From contig NC_043015.1 of assembly GCF_006345805.1 (NCBI RefSeq), positions 7,130,001 to 7,194,000 on the forward strand: 64,000 nt of DNA, written 5' to 3'. Position numbers and translations under genes: made by a program. The notes beneath the pieces were generated by a model that saw only the letters and a program-made list of their open reading frames with translations, was not told where the DNA came from and did not search any database. Within the stretch, counting starts at the first letter, position 1; each line of letters begins with the position of its first letter. Origin of the DNA: Octopus sinensis. Taxonomy: Eukaryota. Of the stretch, positions 26,334-40,072 are shown in pieces.

Positions 26334-26552
26334 ATAGTTAATCCAAACATGAAAACACAAAGAGAAAACACAACAACGTGAGGATGTGGAACAAGTATAG
26401 TGTTATTGGACGCTCAGGAAAGGAAAGACGGAAGGATTTAAGGATTTAATGTTTCGAGCGGAGCTCTTCGTCAGAAACATTGAAAAAGGAAAGATCCAAG
26501 GAAGGGAAGACGGAGGAAAAAATCGCCAACTATAAACACGCGGTCACATATT
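26334..26552 (-). mobile_element. PLE-terminal repeat H (copy 2) with hammerhead motif
   Basis: Minus strand UUU-CUGACGA-AGAGC-UCC-GCUC-GAAA-CAUU-AAA at 26445-26477; TA runs on both sides. Confidence 0.78.
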
Positions 26553-27601
26553 GAATGTATATATATATATATATATATAAATCGATAAAAAGTGTATTTA
26601 TATATATAGGTGTAATATATAAATGGTTGTATACATAAGTGTATGTACGTATGCATGTATGCGTATATATATATATATATAATATATATATATGTGTGTG
26701 TATGTGTGTGTGTGTATGTGTGTGTGTTGATAAGCATTGGCTCATGTGTAAGTAGATTCGTCAGTGTATTATGTATGTGTTAGTGTAAGTTGTGTATGCA
26801 AGTGAAGTAAGAATAGGTTAGCATGTGAATGTGTCTGCAAAGATTTTGTTGTTGTTATTGTTCTTTTTTTATTTTTGCTTTTGTCTGCGTGTTTTTTCTC
26901 TGTGTATCACCAGGTATGTATTTGTGCGCTGGAAAGTCTGTACGTAATGAACGTTCTAGTTGTTTTTGCACCAGACTGCTGTACACTATTTATCGTCATT
27001 AACGTTTCTTTTCACCGCAGTTTACGGAGTAATATTTGAAAAGATCTTTCATGTGGCAATCAGTCGAAGTAACCGGAGATTAAAAGTTTGATCAATGATT
27101 CTGAGTGGTTTCTTTTTGAACTGTGATTTGCAGTTCATTCTCACCTTATATATTCATTTCTAGTCGTGTAAGGAAGAAAAGAGTAACGGATAGAGGTAGA
27201 GGTGTAAATAATCTTTATGTTTACGTATTCATTGCACATACATCCTAAACAAGCTAATATCCACCGCTCTCCCTATACGGTTGCATATATAAACACGCAC
27301 ACAACTGATTTAAAGTAAGCGACTAGTCCGTTGAGTGACGTGTTAGAAACATCAGACTGTATCATTTCAGATCATATACTCACAGAATAAGGAGGCAAAG
27401 ATTGGAAATAGCATTTCTAGGTACCCATACAAAAGACGTGATGATCACAACTGGAAAGTCTTCAGTAAAAAATACGCAAGGCAACAACTTGAGAATGAAC
27501 ACGCCAATAAGGACGCTTCTTCACAACCATTGTCAAGCTAAAGCTAGCAGCAAAATATAATTTCAATTATATATAAATATATATATATATATATATGTAT
27601 A

Positions 27602-27810
27602 GGGGTAGGAGTGACTGTGTGGTAAGTAGCTTGCTTACCAAGCACATGGTTCCGGGTTCAGTCCCACTGCGTGGCACATTGGGCAAGCGTCTTCTACTAT
27701 AGCCTCGGGCTGAACAAAGCCTTGTGAGTGGATTTAGTCGACGGAAACTGAAAGAAGCCCGTCGTATATATGTATGTATGTGTGTGTGTGTGTCTGTTTC
27801 TGTGTGTGTA
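27602..27810 (+). mobile_element. SINE family A, 5' half
   Basis: Head and body end at the internal microsatellite. Confidence 0.85.
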
Positions 27811-30800
27811 GGTGTATATAAAAGATTTAAATGATATTTTACATACACACATCAATATATGCAAGTATCGATATATGAATCAATGTATAGGAAAATGAAA
27901 TTGTATAGAATTGTCTGGAACTCTTCCGGTTCAAGAAAGTGCAACAATTTATTCGACAGAAACCCTATAAATATGAACCCCTATAAATATGAACCCATAA
28001 AAACACATATTCAGGTTGGCTTAAACAGACATTAGAATTTTGCATCGACAAAGCAGTGAAACCTAACGTTTCAAATAGAGCATTCTTTAAACGTTTCGTT
28101 GATCTTCAATTTCTCAGTAAAATAAAGTATTCCACACAGTAAATATTTTGTAATTTGTAGCAGTCGTTGATTTAAAACTAAATATTTCCCTATGGCCTTA
28201 TTGATATTTTTCTCTTACTTAAAAACAATAGCTGGCATAACCGTACTTTTATTTGACTGATTAGCTTAATTTTATTAAACTAATCTATTCTTTTGAAGGG
28301 AAACATCATTCTAATAAATATATGTCTCACAAGTGAAATTAGTTGAGCCAATCAAAGAATTTCATATGAAACCTCTGCGTGTTCGAATTGTTTTACCAAT
28401 CTTAGAAGTAAATTAATGTTAATGTATTTTTCTAATTGTTTAAAATACACGGTTGTTTGTTTTGTTATTGAACCATGACCCTATAAAATGTTAATACCTA
28501 CTTTCATTACGCGTGTGAATTCCACGTTTTACAATAATTTCTGTTTTCATAATTTCCTTTGCTGCATAAATAATACATCTGTTCAAAATTCTGTCGTTAT
28601 GATTACGTGTTCGGTACCGTTCCATAGGCATGGATGTTTAAAACATAAATCTTAAATTTGTTTTATTTTCTTAAATATTTCAATTATACCTTTAATTCTG
28701 TTTCATAGGTAAGATTTTTAAAAGAGAAATTTCCAGTGCACGAACACCGTAAAAAGTAGGCTAATATAATGTTTGCACGAAGACTAATACAATAATAGAT
28801 GTCTGGCACGAAGTCAGAAATATGAAGAGAAAAGATATGAATGGTTGGCTTAATTTAAGCAAATACGGTGGTTATACTACTTATGTTATGAGTCACAGAG
28901 GGAAGAATTGCAAATTAAAGTCTGGGGAGACTTGTACGCAGAGCTTAAATAGACATAATTGAAAACAACATGGAATTCAGGTGGGTCTCTCTGATAATTA
29001 TTCCCACTTAATCATTCGCTTCCTTCACGGCGAAATGAGTTATTGAAAATTGATATTTTTAGCTTTGGATGTTGGTATTGTGGTTGAGAAATATATCTTG
29101 ACCTAATTAAGGAGTCTTCAAAGAATTTCCCGCGATGATCACCACATTTTACAAGTTTTTTTCTCGTTTCGTTACATTACCTGTGACAGAAAAACACGGT
29201 CTTTTAAGATAAAAAATCTTTTATAGGATAATGACCCATGTAAAGGATTCCTTTTTGGTTTGTACGTTATTAGGAACTCACTGAGATGACTAAAATAGAA
29301 CGTAAATGAAGTCGTATTCTTACAAATATTTTGATATCTATCTCAAGTTAACAAACATATTAGTCCCATATTACATTGTATTCAAAGCAGCATATTGAAT
29401 ACTGGTGTAGATCGGAGAAGGTTATGCTATAGGATCTGTCTAAATGATACCTAAAGGCATCTATACTGACGCCTTTAAAGTTCATTTAGCAAACATCGCA
29501 AAAGAAAAGAACATCTTATTGCGACCTAATAATTTTTTTCCCACCAGTAATTCTCTAGCGTACGAAGTCATTTGGTTTTATACATAACATAGTCATACCT
29601 CACAAAATCATATGTTCATATATTTAAGAGATGCAATATAATAGAATATTTCAATCACCACTATTTAACTGTATTTATTGATTTGGAATATTGAAAAACG
29701 AAATTGTTATTAGAGTGGTACGGGCAATAAATAGAGTTAGACAATTCGTTTCGCATGTGTTAACATTACCAACATTAAAAATTACTTTCGGTAATGACAA
29801 AACACTTCACATAAACGATTCATATTAAGCGAAACACATGGAGTTGGTATATGTCCCACCTACTGCGATAGTAACATTTCTAAACATTTTTCTTTCTTTG
29901 GCACACACACACACACACGCAAGCACACACATGTACATATGTATACATATAAACATATATATATATATAACATATATGCGCAAGTATGTTTATAAACACT
30001 GAGTCAAAAACGAAGGCAATTTATAGTTTGCCGGGAATGGTTTCGTTGCAATTTCCACCGTGTAGAAAGTCATTCATCAATGTCCTAGATAAATTAATGC
30101 TGCAGTGTTATACGAGTCATGAGGATGTTATCTGTGTTTCTAATATAACCAACATGGAAGACTACAGATATTTTCTTAGAGGAAAGAAACAGCATCAATA
30201 TGTGCTTCTGACCAAATATTTTCTAGAAATCCTCGTTACAAATTGTGTGCGTGTTTGAAAACATCTCTCTCTTTATGTATATATGTGTGTGCGTGTGTAC
30301 ACATATGTGAGTGTCTATGATTATATGTGCATGTATGTATAGTTATCTATCTATCTATCTATTTATATAACTAACCATCTGTAAATACAAACATGCATAT
30401 ATACAAACATACATACCTACGTGTGCGTGTGCATCCGCGTATCTGTATGGGTGGGTGATGTGTGTGTGTGTGTGTGTTTTGTGTGTTGTGTGTGTGCTAC
30501 AAAAATACACTGTGAGTAGACAGGAATCTAAAATTGCTTGCTTATTGTCTTATTGCGCAGGAGAACATCCATTTCCTTGACGGCCCGTTTAACTGATTAT
30601 CTTACGATAATCAGATCTTACTCAATGACGAAATTACATACATAATATGCATACATTCCTAAATATAATGCACACATATATGTACATATACATATGTATA
30701 TATGTCTATGTATATGTGTGTTTGTATGCATGCATGTAAGTTTGTTTGTGTATATATATATGTATATATACATGTACATCCAGTTTGCTACACATTTTTT

Positions 30801-31041
30801 CTTGTTCTACATTTGTTCACGAAATGACGTGCAAAACTTGTTAATGAGGCTGTGACAGCAACTTTTATTCTAGTTCTTTTTTTTTTCTACCAATTCCAGC
30901 CGCAAAGTTAACTCATTCATGATATTTATCACTGTCTGTGACCTTATCTATGATTACCATCGTCTACTATTTTATGAATTTTGCAGGCTTTATTATTATG
31001 TTTAAATGTTCTTTTTTCCTGTTTTTATGTTTGTATGTTAG

Positions 31042-31129
31042 ATGGAGTCATAAACAGCCCGACCATACGCTATACCACTGCACAGTCCATTGTGTACATG
31101 CATTATAAAAGAATTGATTTTAATTTAAG
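31042..31129 (+). CDS. candidate internal exon (GVINSPTIRYTTAQSIVYMHYKRIDFNL), gene unknown
   Basis: Long pyrimidine tract plus TTAG acceptor, consensus AAG|GTAAGT donor, one open frame (phase 1 to 2). Confidence 0.55.
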
Positions 31130-33334
31130 GTAAGTTTCGCTGTGTTTCTGTCAAGTCAGTTGAATATATCAATGCTACGTTATTAGTTTTGAAGCGCTTT
31201 TGTAAGTGTCAAATTTTAAAGGTAGCTGGGATTTGTGATTAGCTATTTAATTTAGGGCTTAACCTACTGATTCGAGAGAAAATGCATATTACTGCCAACA
31301 TACATGAAATTCGATTTGTATTCAACAATATCAGGCAATGAAATTTACAGTGAAGCCGAGAATTTTATAGAAGGGAGGATAAATATATAACAAATAAATA
31401 GCAAGACGGTAAGACAAACCTGTGGTATACGAAGTGCTTATGATTTTGTGCAACGCTTGTTGTAGTATAAACACTGGCATTAAAGCATTAAAAAAAATAC
31501 AAAGTTCTGAAAAACGGATGCAGTGAAGGTTAACCACCATCAGTGGCCTTGTTTTCCTAGATGAAACAATCAATTTATACTCATATCACACCCAATAACT
31601 ATATGTTATTTTTGTATTCCAACCCTTGACATATCATGTCTATAAAATAAGAAGTGTTGCCATTACAATAATGCCTTTTATTTGAAATCTGCCTTCTTGA
31701 TCAGGGTTGATATGTGTACTAAAAATGACACCAACAATCACAACAACAACAATGAGAAACCTGTTCAGGAAAACTGGGGCGATATTTCATCTATATATGT
31801 TCATAAAAACGTTTATACCTTAATATTATAATCGATATTAAAATTTTTGTGTATTTACTATTCTACAAAATTCATTTACATATTCCAAAGAATTTTATAT
31901 TAACATACATTTTTATTGCCAACATTTCAATAAATAACTTAATGTATGTTTTGAGGTAAATAATAACTAAAATATTTTATACCATTTTATGATTATTGTA
32001 ATGTTTCATGTTTTATTTCATTTGCCTTAATTTAGTTTAAATATATGCTTCATGTAAGTGTTTAAGCAAGTGTGTACGCGTGTCATTTTATTTGTGTGTA
32101 TGTGTAATTTAATTTAAACCATATCTGAAATATTTATTGTTCTTCCATGAATGCAGAAAAATGTTCTTCAGCCGTTATTATTTTCCTAATAATCATAATA
32201 ATAACAATCATTCTTTTATTGGCCACACAAAACAATATATATGTGTGTGTGTGTTTTGTATGTGTGCGTGTGTTTTGTATGTATGTAAACGTTTGATACA
32301 TTCAAGGATTACAAAATGCGCAAAGTTGTACATATATGCATAATAAACGAGGAATGGGTAAGAAACCTAACACAATATACTATTAAAGTTTAAAGATTTT
32401 GTGTGAAAACGAATAAAAATACGTAGCAAATATTACTGTTATGCAAAATAAATCTAAATTATATATTTTTCCTTATTCTCCCAATAGAAAACAGCTCTGA
32501 AATATTACGTTAGATATTTAGAGGTTACCAAGACGTGGAGGTTTTTGCAGAGCAAACCCGATTACATTTTAACTGCGTGTCACACCTGCACCCACATCAT
32601 GTCAGGGCCTTGAGGAAAGGTACCGAAAAGCAGAGAAACAACAGTGATCAGTGGGCCTGAATTTTGCATCTCAAACGGACATTAAATTCCAGCATTACAT
32701 ATCTCTTCTGATCAGAAAAACCAGGTACACCTTTCCGATTGCTCTGCCGCTGTCGGTAAATTGCAGGTTCTGACACGCACAAAACATAAGAACTGCCTCC
32801 AACATTTATTACGAGGTTATATAGAATCCTCCGTATTTTGACGAGGAGCCCAATTTCATTTTAATCCAAACCGTGTTATAGATATTTTCGTCGAGCAATG
32901 AGGCACTGCCTTTTATGTTTCCATTGAGCTGGTTCTTGACGACTCCTTTCTTTTCAACCACAAATTTTGAGACAGTTGGAAGAGTATTGTTGTTTGTATT
33001 CTTTTTGTATCTGTTCTGACTCATACTTTCATTTAAATATATGCAATAAATCTACAGTACCTTCTGTTTTGTATTCAATGAATATTATTATTATTATTAT
33101 TATTAAGGTGGTGAGCTGTCCCCATCGTTTTTTTCTTTCTTTCTTTACTTTTTGGTGACATGACCGCCGAGGTGACATGTCCGCCGAGGTGATTACTGCG
33201 ATCTACGCACACATTTGAAATTGCTGGCGTTGTGTCAAAATTTGTTACCATTATTATCATCATCAATGTTCTCATAGCCGTTATCCTTACTGTCATCATT
33301 ATTTTATGTTTATATCACTACTGTTATTTATTAT

Positions 33335-33742
33335 AGGCGTAAGAGAGGCTGTGTGGTAAGTAGCTTGCTTACGGACCACGTGATTCCGGGTTCTGTCCCA
33401 CTGCGTGGCACCTTGGGCAAGTGTCTTCTACTATCGCATCGAGCCGACCAAAGCCTTGTGAGTGGATTTTGTAGACGGAAACTGAAAGAAGCCCGTCGTA
33501 TATATGTATATATGTATGTGTGTGTACGTTTGTGTGTCTGTGTCTGCCCCCCCCCACATCGCTTGACAACCGATGTTGGTGCGTTTATGTCCCCGTAAAT
33601 TAGCGGTTCGGCAAATGAGACCGATAGAATAAAGTACTGGGCTTACAAAGAATAAGTCCTGGGGTCGATTCGCTCGACTAAAAGGCAGTGCTCCAACATG
33701 GCCATAGTCGAATGACTGAAACAAGTAAAAGAGTAACAGAGT
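33335..33742 (+). mobile_element. SINE family A, full length
   Basis: Matches the family consensus. Confidence 0.9.
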
Positions 33743-34614
33743 ATTGTCACCATCATCACAATTATTATCATCATCATCATCAACATCAAAACCTTTGCCA
33801 CCTAAATCACCTAAACAACGATTGTGAATATTATTATTTTGTAAACGTTTTACACATTGTCATCATTAATATTTTTGCTGCCCATAAAGTTTCTTGTTTT
33901 TAACAATATTATGATTATTGCTTCTTCTATCACCAAGTACATCATCATCACAAGTTATATTCATGTGAATAGTAGTAATAATAAGATCAATATTAAAACG
34001 AGGGAAGATAATATTATTATCATCGTTGTTGCAATTTGCAAAGCTATTTAATTTCTATTCTATTCCTAACCGATCTGTTTCACAGGAAAGTTATACTCGC
34101 TTTAATTATATCTTTAAGGGAAAATCAATACCACTTCGCGTTCTATGTGTCAATGTTATATACAAGCTTACCTTACATATAATTATGTGAACATACACAT
34201 CTAAATATATACATATACACATACAGACGCATATGTATGTGTGCGTGTGAGAGAGGGAGTATATATTTATATATGCATGTGTATGTATATATAAATAGCT
34301 ATGTATATATATATATATATATACTAATACATCCATATATACACACACATATACATGCTTATATATATATGTTTGTATGTGTGTGCGTGTGTGTGTATAT
34401 AACCCAAACGAATTCCAATTTGCGTCAAAGATTGGAAATAATTTAGTTGTTTATCTTTTATTTTATAATAGAACACAAAATAAGATTAGTGACAATTCTT
34501 ACTTCTGAGAAAGACAGGTAAAATAATTACGCAAATTGATTTATCTATTCCATCGATTTAAAAATTGCTACAATACCAGAAGATTTGTAAACAATTTGTA
34601 TCGAGAACTCCCTC

Positions 34615-34666
<52 letters not shown>

Positions 34667-34710
34667 GTATATATCTATGTGTATACGTATATGTATGTAT
34701 ATATTGTGTG

Positions 34711-34751
<41 letters not shown>

Positions 34752-35309
34752 TATATTTCTATTGGTATTGCTGGGGAGGTTTGTATAAAAATAGATGATT
34801 AAGTTTGCACGGTTTACTCTATAGAAAATACTTCGTATTTGTAAATTTAACCTTCTATCTGCTTTGTGTTATTGACAGAGTAATGAATGTATCAAGGTAA
34901 TGTCCTTTCTTCTCCTTTTAATGTTTTATTGCTCAGTTTTTTTTTTTTTTGATAGAAGAAATAATACTGACGTGTTAATTACATTTAAGATAATCTGAAT
35001 AAATGTTCTAATTCATACACTTCCAGTTTTCAAACTTGTAACATGGAAATGAATTAAATATTACACCTATGTTTATTAATTTGCTACTGAAATATTCATA
35101 AATAGAGATCTCTATAAAACATCTTCATATTTCTAAATAATTTGGTCAGATTATGTATATGTGTGTATGTGTGTGTGCATGTATGTATGCAGGTAATATA
35201 CACAAACACACACATACGGGTATCTTACGCATGTTTATAATAGTGATCACATGAATGAATATTCGGTATTATATTGCATTTTTTAATTTCGTATTTTTGA
35301 GAATGAGTG

Positions 35310-35465
35310 TAGGCGTGGCTGTGTGCATAAGAAACCTGCTTCCCACGAATGTGGTTTTCGGTTCAATCACACTGCACGGCACTTTCAGAAACTGACTTCT
35401 ACTATAGACAAATGCCGACCAGAGCTTTGTGAGAGTGGTTGACGCAAACTGAAAGAATCTCGTTA
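35310..35465 (+). mobile_element. diverged SINE A, 5' half
   Basis: GGCGTGGCTGTGTGC...CTTCTACTATAG...AACTGAAAGAA. Confidence 0.7.
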
Positions 35466-35500
35466 TATATACGTTTTAAATACTAATATATATATATATA

Positions 35501-35662
35501 ACGGGAAAGTTGACGAAAATAAACAGAAGACGAAGGCAGGTGGAGTACAAACAAACACATGTATTAGTATAGCGCTCAGGAATTGAAATAGAAAAAGTCT
35601 TTTACGTTTCGAGCCTACGCTCTTCGACAGAAAGATACACTGAAAAAAAACAAGGAGAGAAA
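35501..35662 (-). mobile_element. PLE-terminal fragment inside (TA)n
   Basis: Homologous to 5972-6125; TA runs on both sides. Confidence 0.75.
35598..35635 (-). ncRNA. minimal hammerhead with variant core (CUGUCGA)
   Basis: UCUUU-CUGUCGA-A-GAGC-GUAG-GCUC-GAAA-C-GUA-AAAGA: perfect 5-bp stem I, 4-bp stem II, ACGU palindromic stem III. Confidence 0.7.
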
Positions 35663-36050
35663 TACATATATATATATATATATATATAACAATATGTTTA
35701 AATATAAATAAACATGTGCCTTTAAATGCATAGAAATCATAGAAGATAATAATCTCTTCAATCGAATATTAAATATTAAGCTACTGCGATTGTAATCGAA
35801 TATACTACGATTATATTTCATAGTATCTATTTTCCGAAAACTAAGTTTCAATTTACTATCAGGATGTATAATTTACTTGTACAGAAAGTTGAGAATTTCG
35901 GGGAGATATGAAGGTATTTATTTTGTATTATGCATATTTTCAGGTCGAAATGGACTTCGTTATTGCTTTGTGCAGCAATATCTAGTTACCCATGAAAGTG
36001 TTAAAAGCAAATCTCGCATGAATTCACTCGTTTCTTCTAACAAGTAGTAG

Positions 36051-36220
36051 AGGCCCATGGCTTAGTGGTTAGGGTGTTGGTCTCATGATCAAAAGGTCTT
36101 GGTTTCGATTCCTGGACAGGGCGATGCGTTGTGTTCTTGAGCAAAGCATTTAATTTTTCGTTGCTCCAGTTCACTAAGCTAGTGAAAAGGAATAATTCTG
36201 AGACGGATCTGCGTCACATC
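36051..36220 (+). mobile_element. SINE family D, 5' part
   Basis: GGCCCATGGCTTAGTGGTTAGGG...GGTTTCGATTCC...TTGTGTTCTTGAGCAA. Confidence 0.75.
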
Positions 36221-37774
36221 TTCCTTTCTTTCCCTCTCTTCCTCTCTCGAATTCTCTTGGATATGGAGTATTTTTTAAATCGGAAATTATTTTGTTGAAT
36301 AAACGGTTGTTCTATGCTTAAATGCGCGTGGAAGAAATATTAAGAGTAGAAAGTGATGTCAATATGTGCAATACAGAGTGCAATAATTTCATTGTCAATG
36401 AACAAGAAATAACAATGAAAATTTTTAAAAACGTGTTTGAAAGAATAACGGAATAAAAGTTTGGGGGTGGGTTTCCATGGTTGATTAATTATGTATATCG
36501 TGTAATATGAAAGAATCTAACAAGGTTTCAAATGATATATATTCCTGAATATGATAGAAAAAATATTTCAGATAAAAATGGCATTAACTGAAAACGGTTT
36601 TAGCATGGAAAACTACAGCTTAGAAAACGAAATAATTCATTCCATGCCACCTAATTTATTTTCAAATATCATAAAAGAAAATGACCAAAAAGTTAAATTA
36701 AATGCTATGAATAAATCATCTGCCTTCTCTCATCTAGAATAATCATGATCATAGAATATCATTAAAGAGGCTCTGCTATCGATAACTATAGTTAAACGGT
36801 CCAACTCCCATATTCGTTAAAGAACTCATAAAGTTATTTGATATTATTTTATTGTTATTTGATTGTTATTCGTACTAATTAAACTTTACACAAACTCTAG
36901 CTGAATTCTCCTTCCTCTTTTATAAAAGGAAAAATATTTAACAACAACAAAATGCGAAGCGAAAAGTATCAGAAATTCAAGAAAAATAAACCAACATTAC
37001 AGTAAAAATGCAAATTATTTATTATAGTGATTTTTGTTATATGCAATATCTCATAAATCATTTAGCAACTGGTTTCGATTTATTTTTCTAACATGAAATG
37101 GCGTGTTAGGATTAATCATGGATCGCGGTGGGTAATACCGGGCATTGTGATTAATGAACCACTACCTCTAGTAAAACGCCCGTTTACATGAACACGAAAA
37201 AAAAAGACACTAACAAAAAAAAAAATTGAAAGTTTACGTCATCAATTAAAGTGGTCTTATATTTTTTTATGATTTTGTCATCGATTGGAATGAGTTCATG
37301 AATTAATTTCTTCATCTCTTCATATTAGAAAGCAATAAATAAGCATAATAATAATAACAATAATAATAATAATAATAACAATAATAATATAATAATAATA
37401 ATAATAATAAATACAGGTTTTAATGTATTGCTGAGGGAAATTTCAAGTTTGATATCAATAAAAAAAAAATTTAAATATCAGATGAAGATAGCAAAAATTT
37501 ACGTGCTAAAATTTTAATATTTTGAGAAATTTTACTCGTATTCAATAATAGAGCTTGCCAGAAAACATCGTATGTCAAATTTTCTTCAATGCAGCTGTGT
37601 TATATTATCGAATATTACGTATATTTATTTAGATTATCAATATGATTATAGTTAAAAAATAATAATAATAATAATGATAATGATATTAATAATAATAACA
37701 AGGATAAAAATAATTGTTATTATTATTAATATTATTATTATTACTCTTCTCCTTCTTCTTATTATTATTATAGT

Positions 37775-37985
37775 TAAGCCGGTGATCTGGCAGAATCGCT
37801 AGCATTCCGGGCGAAATGCTTAGCGATATTTCATCTCCTGTTACATCCTGAGTTCAAATTCTACCGAGGTCGACCTTGCCTTTCATCCCTTCGGAATCGA
37901 TAAATTAAGTAACAGTTGGGTACGGGAGTCGACCTAAGCGACTGTCCCTTCCCACCAAATTTCTGACCGTGTGCCTCTTGTAAAA
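37775..37985 (+). mobile_element. SINE family B with tail type 2
   Basis: Matches the family consensus; lies within TTA/GAT tracts. Confidence 0.82.
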
Positions 37986-37991
37986 GGGGGG

Positions 37992-38023
<32 letters not shown>

Positions 38024-38055
38024 ATTATTATTATTATTATATTATTATTATTATT

Positions 38056-38588
38056 CTATGTTTGACTTTTGCTTTATATTTGTAGAAGTTGGCTCCAAGT
38101 CTCACCCAGAGACCTCAAGAGACAACAGGGTTGGAAGTTCATGTTGTTGTTATGCCTAGTGTGCCATATATTTGGGGGGTGGGGATGTTGTACTAATGAA
38201 TGTCTAAAAAAAAAAAAGTTTTTTTTTTTTTTTTTTTTTAAACCGAAAATTATGGTTGTTTTAAACTTTGAGGTTACATAGAGAGTATTTTGCGTAGGAT
38301 ATGAGCAGTTCCCATGAGCACTATCTTTTGAACTTCTGCCATTTTTGGGTTTCCTGGTATCTGAGTTAGGTAGCTATCAGCCCCTTTTGCTATCATTCCC
38401 AGGGCACCTATGACAACAGGTATTGTTTTAGTCTTCAGCTTCCACATTTTGCTGATTTCTATTTCAAGATCTTTATATTTGCTCAGTTTTTGGTAGGTCC
38501 TGACAGATACGTTTATATCGATTGGGACAGTCATATCAATGAGGAGGCATGTTCTTTGTTTGAAGTCTTTCAATATGATGTCTGGCCT
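38056..38588 (-). mobile_element. R4/Dong-clade non-LTR retrotransposon 3' fragment (restriction-like endonuclease plus 3' UTR)
   Basis: RPDIILKD...LLIDMTVP...QKLSKYKDLEIEISKMW...IPVVIGALG...QKIVLMGTAHILRKILSM* is an RLE PD-(D/E)xK domain; 5'-truncated and flanked by (TAA)n tracts. Confidence 0.88.
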
Positions 38589-38685
38589 TCTTCTTCTTCT
38601 TCTTATTATTATTATTGTTATTATTATTATTATTATTGTTATTATTATTATTATTATTGTTATTATTATTATTATTATTATTATA

Positions 38686-39500
38686 GGCAGTGAGCTGGCA
38701 GAAACGTTAGCACGCTGGGCGAAATGTTTAGCTGTATTTCGTCTGTCTTTACGTTCTGAGTTCAAATTTCGCCGAGGTCAACTTTGCTTTTGATCCTTTC
38801 GGGATCGATAAATTAAGTAGCAGTTGCGTATTCGGGTCGATCTAGTCGATTGGCCCTCTCCCCCAAAATTTCGGGCCTTGAGTCGAAAAGAGTCTTTAGG
38901 ACGTCGGACAAAGTTCTTCTGGCTTTACTTCTCATCTCAAATCTCGCCGAAGTCGTCTTTGCCTTTCATTCTTTGGGGGCTCGATAAAATAAGTACCATT
39001 TGAGCACTAGGGTCGATGTAACCCACTAACAACCTCCTCCAAAATTTTGGGCCTTGTACCTATAGTAATAGTATTTATCATTATCGTGATTTGTCAAAGA
39101 ACAGGTCGCGGTTTCAAAGCTACGGAAATATTTTGACACAAATAAAATGTTGACGTTAATCTAACTGTTTTTTGTGTATTCTTATATTGATTATAAACAT
39201 CTTCCACGCTGCAATTGTTATTATTATTATTATTTTTGGTAAATGCATTGAGCTGATGTATTGTTATTGCGTTTATTTTACGATCTGAGTTCAAATCGCA
39301 CCGAGGGTAATTTCGAAATTTATCCTTTCCGTGTCGATAAAACTAAAACCCAGTAAAGAGTTGGGATCGTTAGAGTCAACTATCTTAATCTCCCTAAAAT
39401 TCCTAGCCGTTTGACAAAGCATAAAAATGAACTACTAGTACAGCTGCTTGTACTCTGCAAAGCTGGCAAGCTCGAAAATTGTTAAGGCGTCGGACAGAAC
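38686..39500 (+). mobile_element. run of 3-4 co-oriented SINE B copies of increasing divergence
   Basis: Copies at ~38686-38880, 38890-39065, 39270-39420 and 39460-39500. Confidence 0.75.
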
Positions 39501-39859
39501 ATACAGTGGCTATACTTTTGAATATGTTACTTTCCCTTTAATCAAAAACCCTTTGTTTTCTTTATTTCAATTGCCGTTTGTTCTTCCTTAAAAAGTTCTT
39601 TTTTAATGTTTCTACAGTAGATATTTTATGATAGATTTCGAGTTTTAAATTATATATTTCTCACAATCTCCAAAACCATATATTTATATTCAAGATTTTC
39701 TGTGATATATTAAACCTCTCCAAAAATAATTTCCACCATTATATCACAATTTGAAACACCTATATTGGTGTAGTCTTTTTGGTTAGTTTTGAAAAGTCAT
39801 TTATCTTCTACATGAAATAGAGTAATAGCAAATTATTAATGAAAAGGTTAAACTACTGC

Positions 39860-40072
39860 TTTCAAATTCTGTCGCAAAGCCAGAGATTCTGGGGGAGGGA
39901 GCATGTCGATTACATCGGACCCAGTGCATAACTGGTACTTATATTATCCCCCCGACCCCGAAAAGACAAAATCGACATCGGCGGAATTTAAACTCAAGAC
40001 GGGAACGTAAAATCTCATGAAATACCGCTAAGCAATTTTCCCAGCATGCCAACGAATTTTCCAGCTCACCAC
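39860..40072 (-). mobile_element. SINE family B
   Basis: Matches the family consensus. Confidence 0.8.

Noticed and set aside
32650-32830. LVINVGG motif (BTB/T1-like) on the minus strand
   Set aside because: Short frame bounded by stops, and the downstream residues do not follow the T1 pattern.
39094-39294. SDRKINA peptide resembling the sequence upstream of the RLE PD motif
   Set aside because: It comes from an antisense SINE B fragment, so the match is coincidental.
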